In this document: piece after piece, positions 19,160 through 32,029 of the stretch
Layout of the letters: every line of letters begins with the position of its first letter
Numbering within the stretch: position 1 is the first letter of the stretch
Assembly (NCBI GenBank): GCA_965205025.1
Contig: CBDBFU010000020.1
Location: forward strand, 96,001 to 160,000
From: Candidatus Poribacteria bacterium
GTDB lineage: Bacteria > Poribacteria > WGA-4E > WGA-3G
Length of the DNA stretch: 64,000 nucleotides
Direction of reading: 5' to 3'
Position numbers and translations under genes: made by a program
The notes under the pieces: model-generated
Seen by the model: the letters and a program-made list of their open reading frames with translations, nothing else
Told to the model about the DNA's origin: nothing
Database searches by the model: none

Positions 19160-20221
19160 ATGGAAAGATTAAGAGTTGGAATCATAGGTTGTGGTGGTAT
19201 CTTCCGCAATCTACATTCACCATATTATCAAGAACCGACACGAAGGGCAGATATTGTTGCTATTGCTGACCTAAATGAAACTTCTGCGAATGAACAAGCA
19301 GATAAATTCGGTGCCAAAGCCTATACAGATTACCGAGAACTATTGGACAGAGATGATATTGATGCCGTTGATGTCTGTGTTCATCCACGACCACATCTTG
19401 AGATAACTTGTGCTGCCGCTGATGCTGGAAAGCATATCCTTATGGAAAAACCGATGTGCTGTAATGTCAATGAAGGACGTCAAATGGTCGAGGTAACAGA
19501 TAAGGCTGATGTAATTCTGATGGTAGCCTATATGATGCGGTTCGACCCAGGGTATATGAAACTAAAATCACTGTTGGAAGATGGAACACTTGGCACACTG
19601 CAAATGGCATATTCAAATCAAGTTGGATGGTTTTCACCTGAAAAACACCCATGGTTGTTTGTAAAAGAAGAATCTGGTGGTATGCTTGTGGAACAGGCAA
19701 TTCATAATCTTGATATTTGGCTGTGGTTATTCGGACCTGCTTCTTCAGTATATGGATATACAAGTCATGTACCACTTGGAGGAACATATCCTGCGGCTAA
19801 TAAAGCTGTAGAGAACAATGCTGTCCTGACAGTGAATTTTAAGCATGGTGGCGTTGGGATGATGATTAAAAGTTGGGCAGCTGAAATTACCAATAGTGGG
19901 AATGGACTTGTTACAAGTAATGGTTCAGCAACACTGTTAAGACATGGATTGCGTTGGAAAACTCATAATATGTCAAAAGCAGAAGAATTTACTGAACCTG
20001 TTCCTGATGATGATACATATCGAAATATGAGTGAAGAACAACGAAATCAACGCTATTGGGGTATAGCAGCAAAAGGGGCAAGCATTGATCATTGGTTGAA
20101 ATGTATTGTGGGTGAAGAAGAACCAACTACCCATGGACAAATAGGTACAGATGGAATCGAATTAGCTGAAGCAACTTATCTATCTTCACAAACTGGTGAA
20201 CTTATAACTTTATCATTATAA
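19160..20221 (+). CDS. Gfo/Idh/MocA family oxidoreductase
   Basis: VGIIGCGGI, AGKHILMEKP, SGGMLVEQAIHNLD. Confidence 0.92.
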   Translation: MERLRVGIIGCGGIFRNLHSPYYQEPTRRADIVAIADLNETSANEQADKFGAKAYTDYRELLDRDDIDAVDVCVHPRPHLEITCAAADAGKHILMEKPMCCNVNEGRQMVEVTDKADVILMVAYMMRFDPGYMKLKSLLEDGTLGTLQMAYSNQVGWFSPEKHPWLFVKEESGGMLVEQAIHNLDIWLWLFGPASSVYGYTSHVPLGGTYPAANKAVENNAVLTVNFKHGGVGMMIKSWAAEITNSGNGLVTSNGSATLLRHGLRWKTHNMSKAEEFTEPVPDDDTYRNMSEEQRNQRYWGIAAKGASIDHWLKCIVGEEEPTTHGQIGTDGIELAEATYLSSQTGELITLSL

Positions 20222-20368
20222 AAATTGAGAATTATACAAGATTAAAGGGTCTGTGATAGGGTTATTTAGTTTTCGATATTTTTGCTACTATATTCACATT
20301 CGTGAGCGAAACCCGACCTACAACTCTGATAAAGATTCGCAACATATTTCCATTAAGGAGAAGTTGTT

Positions 20369-21061
20369 ATGAAATCAGAAAAAATGAGATTCAAGGTATT
20401 TACATTATTCTTATTCATACTCATCTCAATATATACACCTATTTGTATAGGAAAGGTAATATTTGAGGATGACTTTGAGAAAAACGTAATTGACAAGGGA
20501 AAATGGAATCCTACAGGAAGTTGGTCATTGGAGGATGGTGTTTTGGTCGTTGATGGTGGTGAAGTAGGGTTAACTGTCAAAGACGACTTTACTGATTTTG
20601 AATTCTATGTAGACTTTTATATGATAAATCCACTCTGGGCAGCAAATTGGGTTATCCGAGGAGAAGACCCTAATAATTGTACACTTGTTCAAATTGTGGC
20701 AGATGACCGTGATCAATTTTGGTGGTTTACAAGAGTTAATGGTAACTACTTTGTACATGTGGAGGATCAATTAAAGAATGAATCCGGTATACACCCTAAA
20801 CTTAAAAAATGGTATACAGTTAAGATAGTTGCGAAAGGTAATCGTTACGACCTATATCTGGGGGAACAAGGTAAGAATTTGGAGTTATCCTGTACATGGA
20901 AAGACGAGACTACAAAAAAGGGGAGCATCGGATTCAGAGCAGGTGGCGGTGAACATTGTCTATATGATAATGTGATTGTTACCACCCTGGGACACAGTTT
21001 TCCAGTAGATCCTAAAGATGCTTTGGCAGTAACATGGGGAGAACTCAAGGCAATACAATAA
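20369..21061 (+). CDS. Secreted DUF1080/ConA-like beta-sandwich protein with a C-terminal TWG motif
   Basis: Signal peptide, IFEDDFE, FTDFEFYVDF, WYTVKI, KGSIGF, YDNV, tail VDPKDALAVTWGELK. Confidence 0.75.
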   Translation: MKSEKMRFKVFTLFLFILISIYTPICIGKVIFEDDFEKNVIDKGKWNPTGSWSLEDGVLVVDGGEVGLTVKDDFTDFEFYVDFYMINPLWAANWVIRGEDPNNCTLVQIVADDRDQFWWFTRVNGNYFVHVEDQLKNESGIHPKLKKWYTVKIVAKGNRYDLYLGEQGKNLELSCTWKDETTKKGSIGFRAGGGEHCLYDNVIVTTLGHSFPVDPKDALAVTWGELKAIQ

Positions 21062-21069
21062 AGGTAAAT

Positions 21070-21858
21070 ATGGCAAAAGAGAATCAAGCAATATCTCAAA
21101 ATGAGACAATACAACCCATCCCAGATAAATTAGTTGTCCTTACCTTTGATGACGGCAACAAATCAGATTACAATTACGTGGCACCAATGTTGAAGGAATA
21201 CGGATTTGGTGCAACCTTCTATATCACTGAAGGACTCGGTTTTCTCAATAACAAAGATCACTATGTCACATGGGAAGAGATCCGAGAACTCCATGACGCT
21301 GGCTTTGAAATCGGCAATCACACACGTCAACACCCAAACATAAATACATTAACAAAAGATGAACTACTATCCAGCCTGATCCATATTGATGAACGGTGTG
21401 ATGTGTATGACATACCGATTCCTGAAACGTTTGCATATCCTGGGGATAGCCGTGGACCAGAATCAATAGAAGTATTGATAGAAAAAGGGTATCTGTTCGC
21501 ACGTCGTGGTGTTGGTCCAGATTACCCTTATGATTTAGAAGGGGGACGTGGTCCAGTGTATGATCCAGATATACATCATCCGTTGGTCATTCCATCAACC
21601 GGAGTTCCCGGTCCACACTATCAATTTGAGGATTTAGTCTGGGCAGTGGAACAAGCTAAGGACGGAAAAATCGCTGTCCTGACATTTCACGGTGTTCCCG
21701 CCCTTGAACATCCGTGGGTAGATACCTCACCTAAACAGTTTAAGACATATATGGATTATCTTCGAGATAATAGCTGTACCGTAATTGCAGTGCGGGATTT
21801 GGTGAAATACGTTGATCCCACAGAAACAGATGGAAAAACTATAACATATTTTCCGTAA
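21070..21858 (+). CDS. Polysaccharide deacetylase family protein
   Basis: VLTFDDG, GFEIGNHT, FAYPG, LTFHG. Confidence 0.9.
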   Translation: MAKENQAISQNETIQPIPDKLVVLTFDDGNKSDYNYVAPMLKEYGFGATFYITEGLGFLNNKDHYVTWEEIRELHDAGFEIGNHTRQHPNINTLTKDELLSSLIHIDERCDVYDIPIPETFAYPGDSRGPESIEVLIEKGYLFARRGVGPDYPYDLEGGRGPVYDPDIHHPLVIPSTGVPGPHYQFEDLVWAVEQAKDGKIAVLTFHGVPALEHPWVDTSPKQFKTYMDYLRDNSCTVIAVRDLVKYVDPTETDGKTITYFP

Positions 21859-21899
21859 AAGTCCTGTAGAACGAAGATGTGTGACAATCGAACCTACCC

Positions 21900-21978
21900 C
21901 ATACGCGTCAATTTAGAAAAAACACTGTATCTCAAACCGCACCTACACTACTGGAGGCGCACTAAATTGACACCAATG
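21900..21978. mobile_element. Short family-C MITE
   Basis: CATACGCGTCAATTTAG...CTAAATTGACACCAATG around a half REP. Confidence 0.6.
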
Positions 21979-22131
21979 TATAGCAAAAACCGACCATCAA
22001 ATAGATTGATACAATTTTTTCGGAACATTTTAGAGTGTTAAGGTGTGTTTGTAAAAAACGCTAACTTCAAAGCGCATATCGCGTACCCCAAATGTTTATC
22101 ATAGATTAACCATTTTAGAAAAAGGGAAACA

Positions 22132-22920
22132 ATGTTCAAACAATTAGATATCAAGGTAATTGGTGGGATAGTAATTCTCGCAGTTCTTCTCTTGGCAGGT
22201 ATCCATTTTTACTCAAAATGGAGTTATAACCGTTTTGCATTAGACATCGGGGTATCCCCCGAATCCACTACACAAACTACACAATCTAAAACTACCGAAA
22301 ATGATATAACCAAGTCTGTCGAACAGTCTAAGTCAACACAATCACCAAAATCAGTTAACAAGAATATTAAGGTTGATTCAAAGTCTGTTGTTGAATCTGA
22401 GTCAACGAATACCGCAGAAAACATGGAAGCATCTGCTGAAAAAACAGAGACACCCGAATTTGATGCTTCATCACTAATGTCCACATTTGGTATACCTGAA
22501 GAAGTTAAGTCACTTCTTGATGAGGACGCTGAAGAGGCAGATTTTGAAAAGGCACAAGCGTATCTCGCTGAGAAATATGGTCAATCTCCCGAAGTTGACG
22601 CAATAATGAATAGACTAAAGCAGATGTCTGGAGGCACAGTTGAACTTGATGATCTGACAGCCCTTTTTGAGGATTGGATTGAGATTCTGCCTGAGGACCA
22701 GCAAGAAAATCGTCGACAATTGATGGGTGTGCTTACACTGCTCAATCAGGCAAAGGCTAAGGTAGGTAGCAATCCAGTCCAGGTTATCGTTGGAGATAAT
22801 TTAGATGATATAGATCCGTCTCTACTTGAAGGAGATAATGTAAATCGCTTTAACATTCAAACCAATAGTAAGATCAATATAGTCGATTCTAAAATTAAAA
22901 CAGAGATTATAGACGATTAA
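22132..22920 (+). CDS. N-terminally membrane-anchored hypothetical protein
   Basis: TM helix, S/T/E/K-rich linker, acidic helical domain. Confidence 0.75.
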   Translation: MFKQLDIKVIGGIVILAVLLLAGIHFYSKWSYNRFALDIGVSPESTTQTTQSKTTENDITKSVEQSKSTQSPKSVNKNIKVDSKSVVESESTNTAENMEASAEKTETPEFDASSLMSTFGIPEEVKSLLDEDAEEADFEKAQAYLAEKYGQSPEVDAIMNRLKQMSGGTVELDDLTALFEDWIEILPEDQQENRRQLMGVLTLLNQAKAKVGSNPVQVIVGDNLDDIDPSLLEGDNVNRFNIQTNSKINIVDSKIKTEIIDD

Positions 22921-23047
22921 AGATACATATTTAGAAATTCTCAACACATCATGTAAGGTGTTTATACTGATTGCATAGTGGTAAGAAGGCTTAAATTCCT
23001 TAAAAAGCATAATTTTTACAATAATTATGCTTTTTTGACATTTTAAT

Positions 23048-23076
23048 TTGACAAACAAATTATACGTTGGTATAAT
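23048..23076 (+). promoter_or_regulatory. Sigma70 promoter of the 16S gene
   Basis: Consensus TTGACA-N17-TATAAT. Confidence 0.85.
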
Positions 23077-23149
23077 ATAGATTACCTTTCGATTCAGAAA
23101 GGTGAAGATGTTCTTTGAAAGTTAAATAGTTTACGTGACGTGCCTATTA

Positions 23150-23296
23150 TATAGCTTGTGAGTGCCCTTCAATTATTTGAAGGTGTACTTCTAAACTTTA
23201 TAGCATGATGAGTACGCTCCATTTATTTGGAGTTGTACTTTGATACTTTATAGCTTGTGAGTGCGCTTCATTTATTTGAAGATGTACTTCAATACT

Positions 23297-23297
<1 letters not shown>
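23150..23297 (+). repeat. Three tandem 49-50 bp hairpin repeats in the 16S leader
   Basis: Units start at 23150, 23199 and 23249: TATAGC..TGAGTRC.CTYCA.TTATTTGRAG.TGTACTT....ACTT. Confidence 0.85.
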
Positions 23298-24854
<1,557 letters not shown>

Positions 24855-24964
24855 CAATAACAATACGATCCTAACACGATCAAATTGTTCAGCTCTGAAC
24901 CTTACAAGGCATTTACGGCTTACTATTTAACTTTCAATTAACTTCTAACTATACCGACTTTCAG

Positions 24965-25038
24965 GGGCTTATAGCTCAGAAGGTTAGAGCGCGCGCCTGA
25001 TAAGCGCGAGGTCCCTGGTTCGATTCCAGGTAAGCCCA
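24965..25038 (+). tRNA. tRNA-Ile(GAT), CCA not encoded
   Basis: GGGCTTA/TAAGCCC acceptor stem, CTGATAA anticodon loop, GGTTCGATTCC T-arm. Confidence 0.95.
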
Positions 25039-25363
25039 TCCTTTCAAATACAATTCCATAGATTTCAAATGAAACATTCAACACAACCTAAATCAGAACA
25101 AATTGTGCTAAATCATTTTGCTTCAATCCCATCAGATTGTATCGTTGAAATCAACTCTAAGAACAATACCCTACCCTCGTTCCATTCTCGTTATTCCTAA
25201 CTGTACATTCCTTTTTTCTAACCCAAATTACAAGTAGCATTGTTATCTTTTCGCACTTTATCCTTATGAAGATTAAATAAATATATCGGTAATTTTGCTG
25301 AGAAATTCGAATCAACGGTATAAATGACTGAAAAGTGCATTTATGTCCAAAGCGAACATCTTT

Positions 25364-25577
25364 ACATAGCACTCCGCTGGAGTGCGGGGCTTTCTACCTT
25401 TTATTTCTATAGACATATCACGCCGCTGGCGTGAGGAGACATCTTAATGTCGGTATCGTTAGTTCTCTATTGATCGCGTCTAATACACAGATAAGTTGTG
25501 TGTCTTGCTCCAGTGGAGCAATATGTCTATAGCAGTGAAGCATAGCAATCCCGCACTCCAGCGGAGTGCTATATCTA
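25364..25577. repeat. Inverted doublets of (CATAG)CACTCCGCTGGAGTG REP-like hairpins
   Basis: Two hairpins facing two inverted copies; related pairs at ~54968-55040, 56216-56287 and 60496-60570. Confidence 0.7.
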
Positions 25578-25798
25578 AAAATTGTCCAAACTATAGTAAA
25601 TCCTAATGTAAGTATACCAATTGAAAATGGTATAAACATCGTTTGTTTATCAGTTAAAAAATACAAAGTGCATCCGAAGTTGTATATAGGTGAACCATTG
25701 TTTGTAATAATCACATCCTCTTACGGATATATTAAGATTATTTAACGTATTAATATTTCGTAAGCAATAACCCAATTCAAATAAAAGGAGTTACATCA

Positions 25799-26299
25799 AT
25801 GAAAGACACACAAATAGTAGCAAGTTACCAACAATTTCATGTCATTGCTCACGATTTAGACGAGACAGATAACCTTAAGTCAGAATGCAAAGCACAGTTA
25901 GGTGAAGGTGTTCGACTCGCTGACTGGAACGATATAGCTGCTTATGTGAAAGCAGGTGGTTCATTGGAGGATTTTATCAACGCACTCAAGATACCCCTTG
26001 AGTATGTTACTCCAGAGGATCTTGAACCAATCCCGAATACTTCCTACCGTATTTCAATGAATAATGAACTACACTGGATCGGTGATCGACACTATTTCTT
26101 CGCCAGACACGATCACACCAAACGTGATGATTTTTTAGCACACAACAATATTGACAATTATCACCTCTCCCTGGGTTCATGGATCGGTAAGGGTGGTTAT
26201 GCACTCTGCTATGGAGACCCAAACGCTACGGTTCCCCCGCCTGAACCAGAGATCACCGAACCGGTGCCGAGACGAAGAGGCTGCGGTTGCGGCTGTTAA
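25799..26299 (+). CDS. Hypothetical protein ending in a Pro-rich linker and RRRGCGCGC
   Basis: AAGGAG RBS, 166-aa ORF, downstream hairpin at ~26319-26353. Confidence 0.75.
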   Translation: MKDTQIVASYQQFHVIAHDLDETDNLKSECKAQLGEGVRLADWNDIAAYVKAGGSLEDFINALKIPLEYVTPEDLEPIPNTSYRISMNNELHWIGDRHYFFARHDHTKRDDFLAHNNIDNYHLSLGSWIGKGGYALCYGDPNATVPPPEPEITEPVPRRRGCGCGC

Positions 26300-26427
26300 T
26301 GTAAACCCATACTCTACTATAGTTAGGAGGGAATCTAATCCTCTCCTAACTATATTGCTTGAACTCACATTAAGATACCTACCTTTTATTGGTCCCATAT
26401 ACCCAGAGGAGTGCATCTATATATTCT

Positions 26428-27684
26428 ATGAACGAGAATAAATTTACCGTTTGGGAATTACCACAAGACGCAGTTACCCGTTTTGGACAGGGTTACCTAA
26501 ATGATTTTGCAGTCTCAACGGATGGAGCGTATTTGGCAATTGGTAGTTGGACAGGTGTGTGGTTATATGATCTTACGACACACACTCCTGTTGCCTTAAT
26601 GGAAACAGAACGAGGAATGGCCACCCGTATTGCACTCTGTTCAACACAACCCTGGTTAGCTGTGAAGAACTCTGACAAATATGGAAAAGAGGTGATAAAG
26701 GTATGGAATTGGCAAAAGTCTCAACGTATCGCTGTCATGGAATATCCTGAAAGGTTAAAGACTAATCCACCTGCAAATGACTTATGCAACCTTTGTTTTT
26801 CTGCTTCAGGAGAATGGCTATCCGTTAGTCGTTACTTTGATGATGTTGTTGACATCTGGGAATCAGAAACCGGCAAGCTGTATGCTGAGCTGCAATTAAC
26901 TTCTGAGGAAACGAAGGCACGCTGCTTTGACAGTGAAATCCATTATCATGATCTCAGCGGCGCGTTAGCGTTTTCACAGCACAATGGTTTCTTTGCATTT
27001 TCCCCCAATTCTCCTTTTATCACTGTATGGGATATCACAACCTGTAAACGTATCATCAATCTGACGGGAGATCCCGATGGTGTCTACTCGCTTAGTTTTC
27101 GCCCTGTGGGCAATTCCTTGCTGTTGGAGGAATGAATGGGACTGTGCAAGTGTCGTTACAGAACCGAGTTGTCATATCGTTGCCGTTTATTCGGATACCG
27201 CGGCTGGAAAATTTTATGCAACTGGGTTTCCTCCGGGAGAATCTGAATATTGGAGTAACACGCTGAATCTGTGGGAAATCGGAAAAGGAAAACCAATAAC
27301 CGAATTAACAATCCCTGGAGAATTACCTCATCGACGTTCAATGGCATACTCCCCTACTACAAATCTGCTTGCATGTGGGCATGGAACTGATGCTAAGGAT
27401 TGGGATGAAGATGATCCTGAAAACGGGGCAGTCTATGTATGGAATGTCGCACATGGACAGATGCAGTATGTATTTAGAGGCAAACATGTCAATAGCATCA
27501 ACTATGTAAGGTTCAGTCCAGATGGAACACGTCTTATTAGTAGAGATACAGACTGGGTAGTTCGATTGTGGGATGTACAGATATTCAATGCATTGCATTT
27601 TCACCAGATAGCAGGATCTTAGCAAGTGGCAGTTTCGATGGTACCATCCTTTTGTGGGATATGAAGCCCTATATCAATTCTTAA
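26428..27684 (+). pseudogene. WD40-repeat protein 1, frameshifted and internally deleted
   Basis: WELPQDAVTRFGQG start; frame changes at ~27100, 27150 and 27600; ends LASGSFDGTILLWDMKPYINS. Confidence 0.75.
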
Positions 27685-27823
27685 ACATTCTTTATCAATT
27701 TCATTTATCGCATATCATATCAATACCGGTTGCGTTGCACAACTCTATCAGTCAATTTCGCGTAACATTTCGTAGTGCGAAGTTACCGATCCTCGCGTGC
27801 CAAATAACAATAAAGGAGCATTA

Positions 27824-29818
27824 ATGGAAACCACAAAAACACAAACAACAACTCCATTTCACTTTGATGATAGCAAAGTATGTAATTGGACACTTCCCGA
27901 AGGTGCAATCGCTCGATTGGGACGTGGAAGTGTACGTGATATGGAATTTTCACCGGATGGACAATACTTCGCTGTTGGATCAACAATAGGACTTTGGATA
28001 TATCAACTTTCAACACTTACACCAATTGCGCTCTGGGAAACTGATAGAGGATCTATTCATGGTGTTACATTCTCACCTGATAGTCGATGGATTGCTTCAA
28101 CTACACTTCACGAAGCACTCAGGGTGTGGGACATCCAGAGCAAGAGTTGTATTGCTGAGATGGAATTTAAGGAGAAACGGGACCGTTTCGGAATTACCAA
28201 ACCTATTTTTTCCGCAGATGGAGAACGTCTCGTTGCATTTAAGGAGCACAACAAGGTTTATGTTTGGTGCCCTCGCACCGGTACGAAAATGAGAGAAATA
28301 GAAATCAAATTAAATGGAACAGAAAACGAAACAATTAATGGGATCTATCCCACCTGCTTTTCTCCGGATATCAGTTTGTTGGCAGGTACGTGTTACGACC
28401 ATAGAAACCGTACCGCTGAATTCATTGTCCTGTGGGACGTGGAGACAGGAGAACAAGTTACTCGTCTTGAATGGACTAAAAGATGGGGTGCTCTATGTTT
28501 TTCACCGTGTGGAAGGTTTCTTGCTGCCGGCAGTTTAGAGGGTAAAATTCATGTGTGGGACGTGGAAAGTGGAAGTCTGACTGCAAGCTATTCTGACTAT
28601 GGAGATGCACAAATGAAACCATATTACCCCTCGGAAGGTGGATTGATTGCAACTATGGTTTTTCCATCTGAACCCAAAATTGAAGTCTGGGATTTAGAAA
28701 GAAACGAAAAAATCGTGACGTTCGAAAAAGGGAGCAAACTGAGTTCGGTCCGTTTTTCAGATGACGGTACTCAATTGGCATATACTGATGATGGTGAAAT
28801 CAAATTCTGGAAAAAAGAAAAACCCGTCCCTAAATTACTGCCGAGTATTAAAGGACATACACGTACAGTCAGTTCATTAGTCTATACTACAGATGAGGAA
28901 ACGCTTGTGGTTACATATTGGGGGTGGAAAGCGCTCTTTTGGGATGTTCCCAGCAGACGAGGACGACGACCCACTGGAGCAGATTTGCCCACAAGTAAAA
29001 CACTTCATCTCTATCAGGACAATAAGAACAAAATATATGCGACGGGTGGAGACAGTGACTACCTAAGAGTGTGGGAGAATGGCAATAGTGAATCAATCGC
29101 CGATATTCCAATACAGGAGCAAGAACTGGTATCGATCACAGGTAGTGAGGCGTTCGCACTAACAGCAGACCGGATAGCGCGGACAGATAGAGATTATAAC
29201 ATCTATGTATGGATGGGTAAATCAATATCAAATAGTAGTGATAATAAAAAGGACTGGATATTGCAAGCAAATCTGTCCGGACATACAGAACACATTGAAG
29301 CTTTGGCATTTAGTCCTGACGCAAAACAACTCGCGAGTATATCGAGAGATAAAACTGCGAGATTATGGGACGTTGAATCCGGAGAACAGATCATGGAACT
29401 ACCTTTATCACCACCTTCAGGTCCCAGACAATACCGAAGTTATGACAGAGGTATTACGTTTTCACCTCGTGGAGACTTAATTGCAGGTGGACAGTGGGGT
29501 GAGATAGTGCTGTGGAATGCCACAGATGGAAAAATCTATATGACAATTCCGCAACCCGAAGGAAATCAGCGACCGATTACATTATATTTTTCACCATGTG
29601 GGGAATACCTCCTTTCCGGTTCATGGTGGCAAGGTGGTTTGCAGAAAGTGCCGATCCGTTTGTGGAAAGTAGCGACAGGTGAGAATATCGCCACGTTTAC
29701 TGGACACACTACAGACGTTCAGTGTTTTGCATTAAATCACGATTGCACTGTTCTTGCCAGCGGTGGACATGATGGGGTAATATTCCTCTGGGATTTGAAA
29801 CCGTATATCAATTCATAA
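27824..29818 (+). CDS. WD40-repeat protein 2
   Basis: WTLPEGAIARLGRG; GH...FSPD...WD repeats; AAGGAG before METTK. Confidence 0.92.
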   Translation: METTKTQTTTPFHFDDSKVCNWTLPEGAIARLGRGSVRDMEFSPDGQYFAVGSTIGLWIYQLSTLTPIALWETDRGSIHGVTFSPDSRWIASTTLHEALRVWDIQSKSCIAEMEFKEKRDRFGITKPIFSADGERLVAFKEHNKVYVWCPRTGTKMREIEIKLNGTENETINGIYPTCFSPDISLLAGTCYDHRNRTAEFIVLWDVETGEQVTRLEWTKRWGALCFSPCGRFLAAGSLEGKIHVWDVESGSLTASYSDYGDAQMKPYYPSEGGLIATMVFPSEPKIEVWDLERNEKIVTFEKGSKLSSVRFSDDGTQLAYTDDGEIKFWKKEKPVPKLLPSIKGHTRTVSSLVYTTDEETLVVTYWGWKALFWDVPSRRGRRPTGADLPTSKTLHLYQDNKNKIYATGGDSDYLRVWENGNSESIADIPIQEQELVSITGSEAFALTADRIARTDRDYNIYVWMGKSISNSSDNKKDWILQANLSGHTEHIEALAFSPDAKQLASISRDKTARLWDVESGEQIMELPLSPPSGPRQYRSYDRGITFSPRGDLIAGGQWGEIVLWNATDGKIYMTIPQPEGNQRPITLYFSPCGEYLLSGSWWQGGLQKVPIRLWKVATGENIATFTGHTTDVQCFALNHDCTVLASGGHDGVIFLWDLKPYINS

Positions 29819-29915
29819 ACATTCCTCGTCAATTCTCTTGGTTAAATTCGCAATACCTATCAACATGCAAGATTAACGAATCTCACCATCCATTAGAGAT
29901 AAAGGAGACATCTTT

Positions 29916-31955
29916 ATGGAAAACAAAACCACTTCAACACCAGTACTTAGACCACATGACGACACAGATGTAACAACCTGGGAACTTCCCGATGGCGCAA
30001 TTGCTCGATTTGGACAAGGATTAGGCTTCGATGTAGAATTCTCACATGATACCAGATATCTTTCGGTTGCAACAAAAATCGGCTTTTGGCTATATGACAC
30101 TGAAACACTTGCTCCACGCGCATTATGGGGTACAGAACGCGGTATGATGAATGTCGCAACTTTTTCACATGATTCACGATGGATAGCCACAGGGGACCAA
30201 GACGGTATTCTTAAGGTATGGGATACACAAAACGGACAGTGTGTTACAAAAACAGACTGGGGAGGCACTGAGCGACGTAATGTCATCCTTCATGTCCACT
30301 TTTCACCGGACGATCAATATCTCGCAGCTTCCGGTTTCGGACATAGTGCTGTCTATGCATGGCACGAAGATCTCGGCGAACCTATAAGAAATTATAAACT
30401 TGAAAATCCAAATTTCAATGATTATAGGAAAGAAGGCGCTGCCTACGATAGATATTTTCCTATTGCTTTTTCACCCAACAGTAAACTATTTGCCTATGTG
30501 TCTTCACCGGAAACAGTGATAATCTCTAATATAAACACAGGTGAACACATAGCACACCTTACAGGACACACCGATCCCTTGCATACGCTTCTGTTTTCTC
30601 CTTGTGGACAATACCTTGCCAGTGCAAGTCTTGGGGTTACCGTACAAGTGTGGGATATTCAGAGTGAATCCCTTATTATGACACCTAAAAGCTATGAAGG
30701 AGACCGAGTAAGACTTGCGTATACACCTGATGAAACACTGCGAGTCGCAGACATCTATGATGATAAAATTATAATATGGGATGCTTCACAGCACAACGTG
30801 TTGGATACTTTCAACACGACGGGTACAAAAGCAGAGAACACAAGGTTTTCAAACGATGGAACGAAATTCGCTATTTCATGCTGGAACCACGAATTACAGA
30901 TATGGTATGAAGACACCTGTACCACAAAATCATTCTTTTCTGGTTATGGAAGTGTTCCTTATTCGGTGGCATTCTTACAAGATAACAAGACAATGGTCGG
31001 TGGTAACTGGGGGAGTACTGGCAAGATATTTTGGGACATTAAGAGCAGAACTGAAAAGTGTATACTTCCACCGAAAGCTAAGCGCAGCTCATTAAGACAA
31101 TGTATGGCACTGTCTCCAGATGATCAACTCTTGGCTATTGATACGGGAAATAATGATATACAAGTCTGGCATATTGAATCTGAAGAATTAGTTGCAGAAC
31201 TAACAGGACATGAAAACAACATCTATTCGTTGACGTTTTCTCCAACAGGGGAATACCTCGTCAGTGGAGGATTGAAAGACGAAATGTACGTTTGGGATGT
31301 TACACGTTGGAAAAAGCAACACACCCTTATAGGACATACAAGTTCAGTTGAAGCAATATCATTTCATCCTGATGCAAGACGGTTCGCCACCTCTTCCAGA
31401 GATGGAACCGCTTTGCTCTGGAATGTTGAAACCGGAGAACAAATCTCACCACTTCCTTTACCTGACACCTTAGAGGATGCCTCCTTATATAGAGGTGAAC
31501 CAGAGGAAATCGAACGAGTTATCAATGGTGGCAATCTCCATTGGAAGGATAATCAACACATGCAATCAATTGTTTTTTCACCTTGTGGAAATTGGATTGC
31601 GGGTGGACTCGGAACATGGTACGCAGCAGGGTTAATCAATGAAATCCGATTATGGGACACAGCTACATTAGAAACACGCATGATTCTCCTTCAACCTAAG
31701 GGATGTATTCGGCCCTGGGCATTAGCATTTTCTTCTTGTGGAAAGTATCTCGTTTCTGGTGCCTGGTGGAAATGGGGATTGGATAAGGCACCGATACATT
31801 TGTGGGAAATGTCAACTGGTGAATTACTCCACACTTTCTGGGGACATTCTTCGGATGTGCAAGATTTAGCTTTTTCGCCGGATGGTAAACTTTTGGCAAG
31901 CGGCAGTTTCGATGGCACCATCCTCCTCTGGAATATGACACCGTTTTTAAAATAG
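29916..31955 (+). CDS. WD40-repeat protein 3
   Basis: TWELPDGAIARFGQG ... LLASGSFDGTILLWN. Confidence 0.92.
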   Translation: MENKTTSTPVLRPHDDTDVTTWELPDGAIARFGQGLGFDVEFSHDTRYLSVATKIGFWLYDTETLAPRALWGTERGMMNVATFSHDSRWIATGDQDGILKVWDTQNGQCVTKTDWGGTERRNVILHVHFSPDDQYLAASGFGHSAVYAWHEDLGEPIRNYKLENPNFNDYRKEGAAYDRYFPIAFSPNSKLFAYVSSPETVIISNINTGEHIAHLTGHTDPLHTLLFSPCGQYLASASLGVTVQVWDIQSESLIMTPKSYEGDRVRLAYTPDETLRVADIYDDKIIIWDASQHNVLDTFNTTGTKAENTRFSNDGTKFAISCWNHELQIWYEDTCTTKSFFSGYGSVPYSVAFLQDNKTMVGGNWGSTGKIFWDIKSRTEKCILPPKAKRSSLRQCMALSPDDQLLAIDTGNNDIQVWHIESEELVAELTGHENNIYSLTFSPTGEYLVSGGLKDEMYVWDVTRWKKQHTLIGHTSSVEAISFHPDARRFATSSRDGTALLWNVETGEQISPLPLPDTLEDASLYRGEPEEIERVINGGNLHWKDNQHMQSIVFSPCGNWIAGGLGTWYAAGLINEIRLWDTATLETRMILLQPKGCIRPWALAFSSCGKYLVSGAWWKWGLDKAPIHLWEMSTGELLHTFWGHSSDVQDLAFSPDGKLLASGSFDGTILLWNMTPFLK

Positions 31956-32029
31956 TTTATGTATATCAGGTTAATCCAAAATTTTCTTTACTGTTCAAAC
32001 AAACTGTTGCAATTGCTGAGGAGATTATT

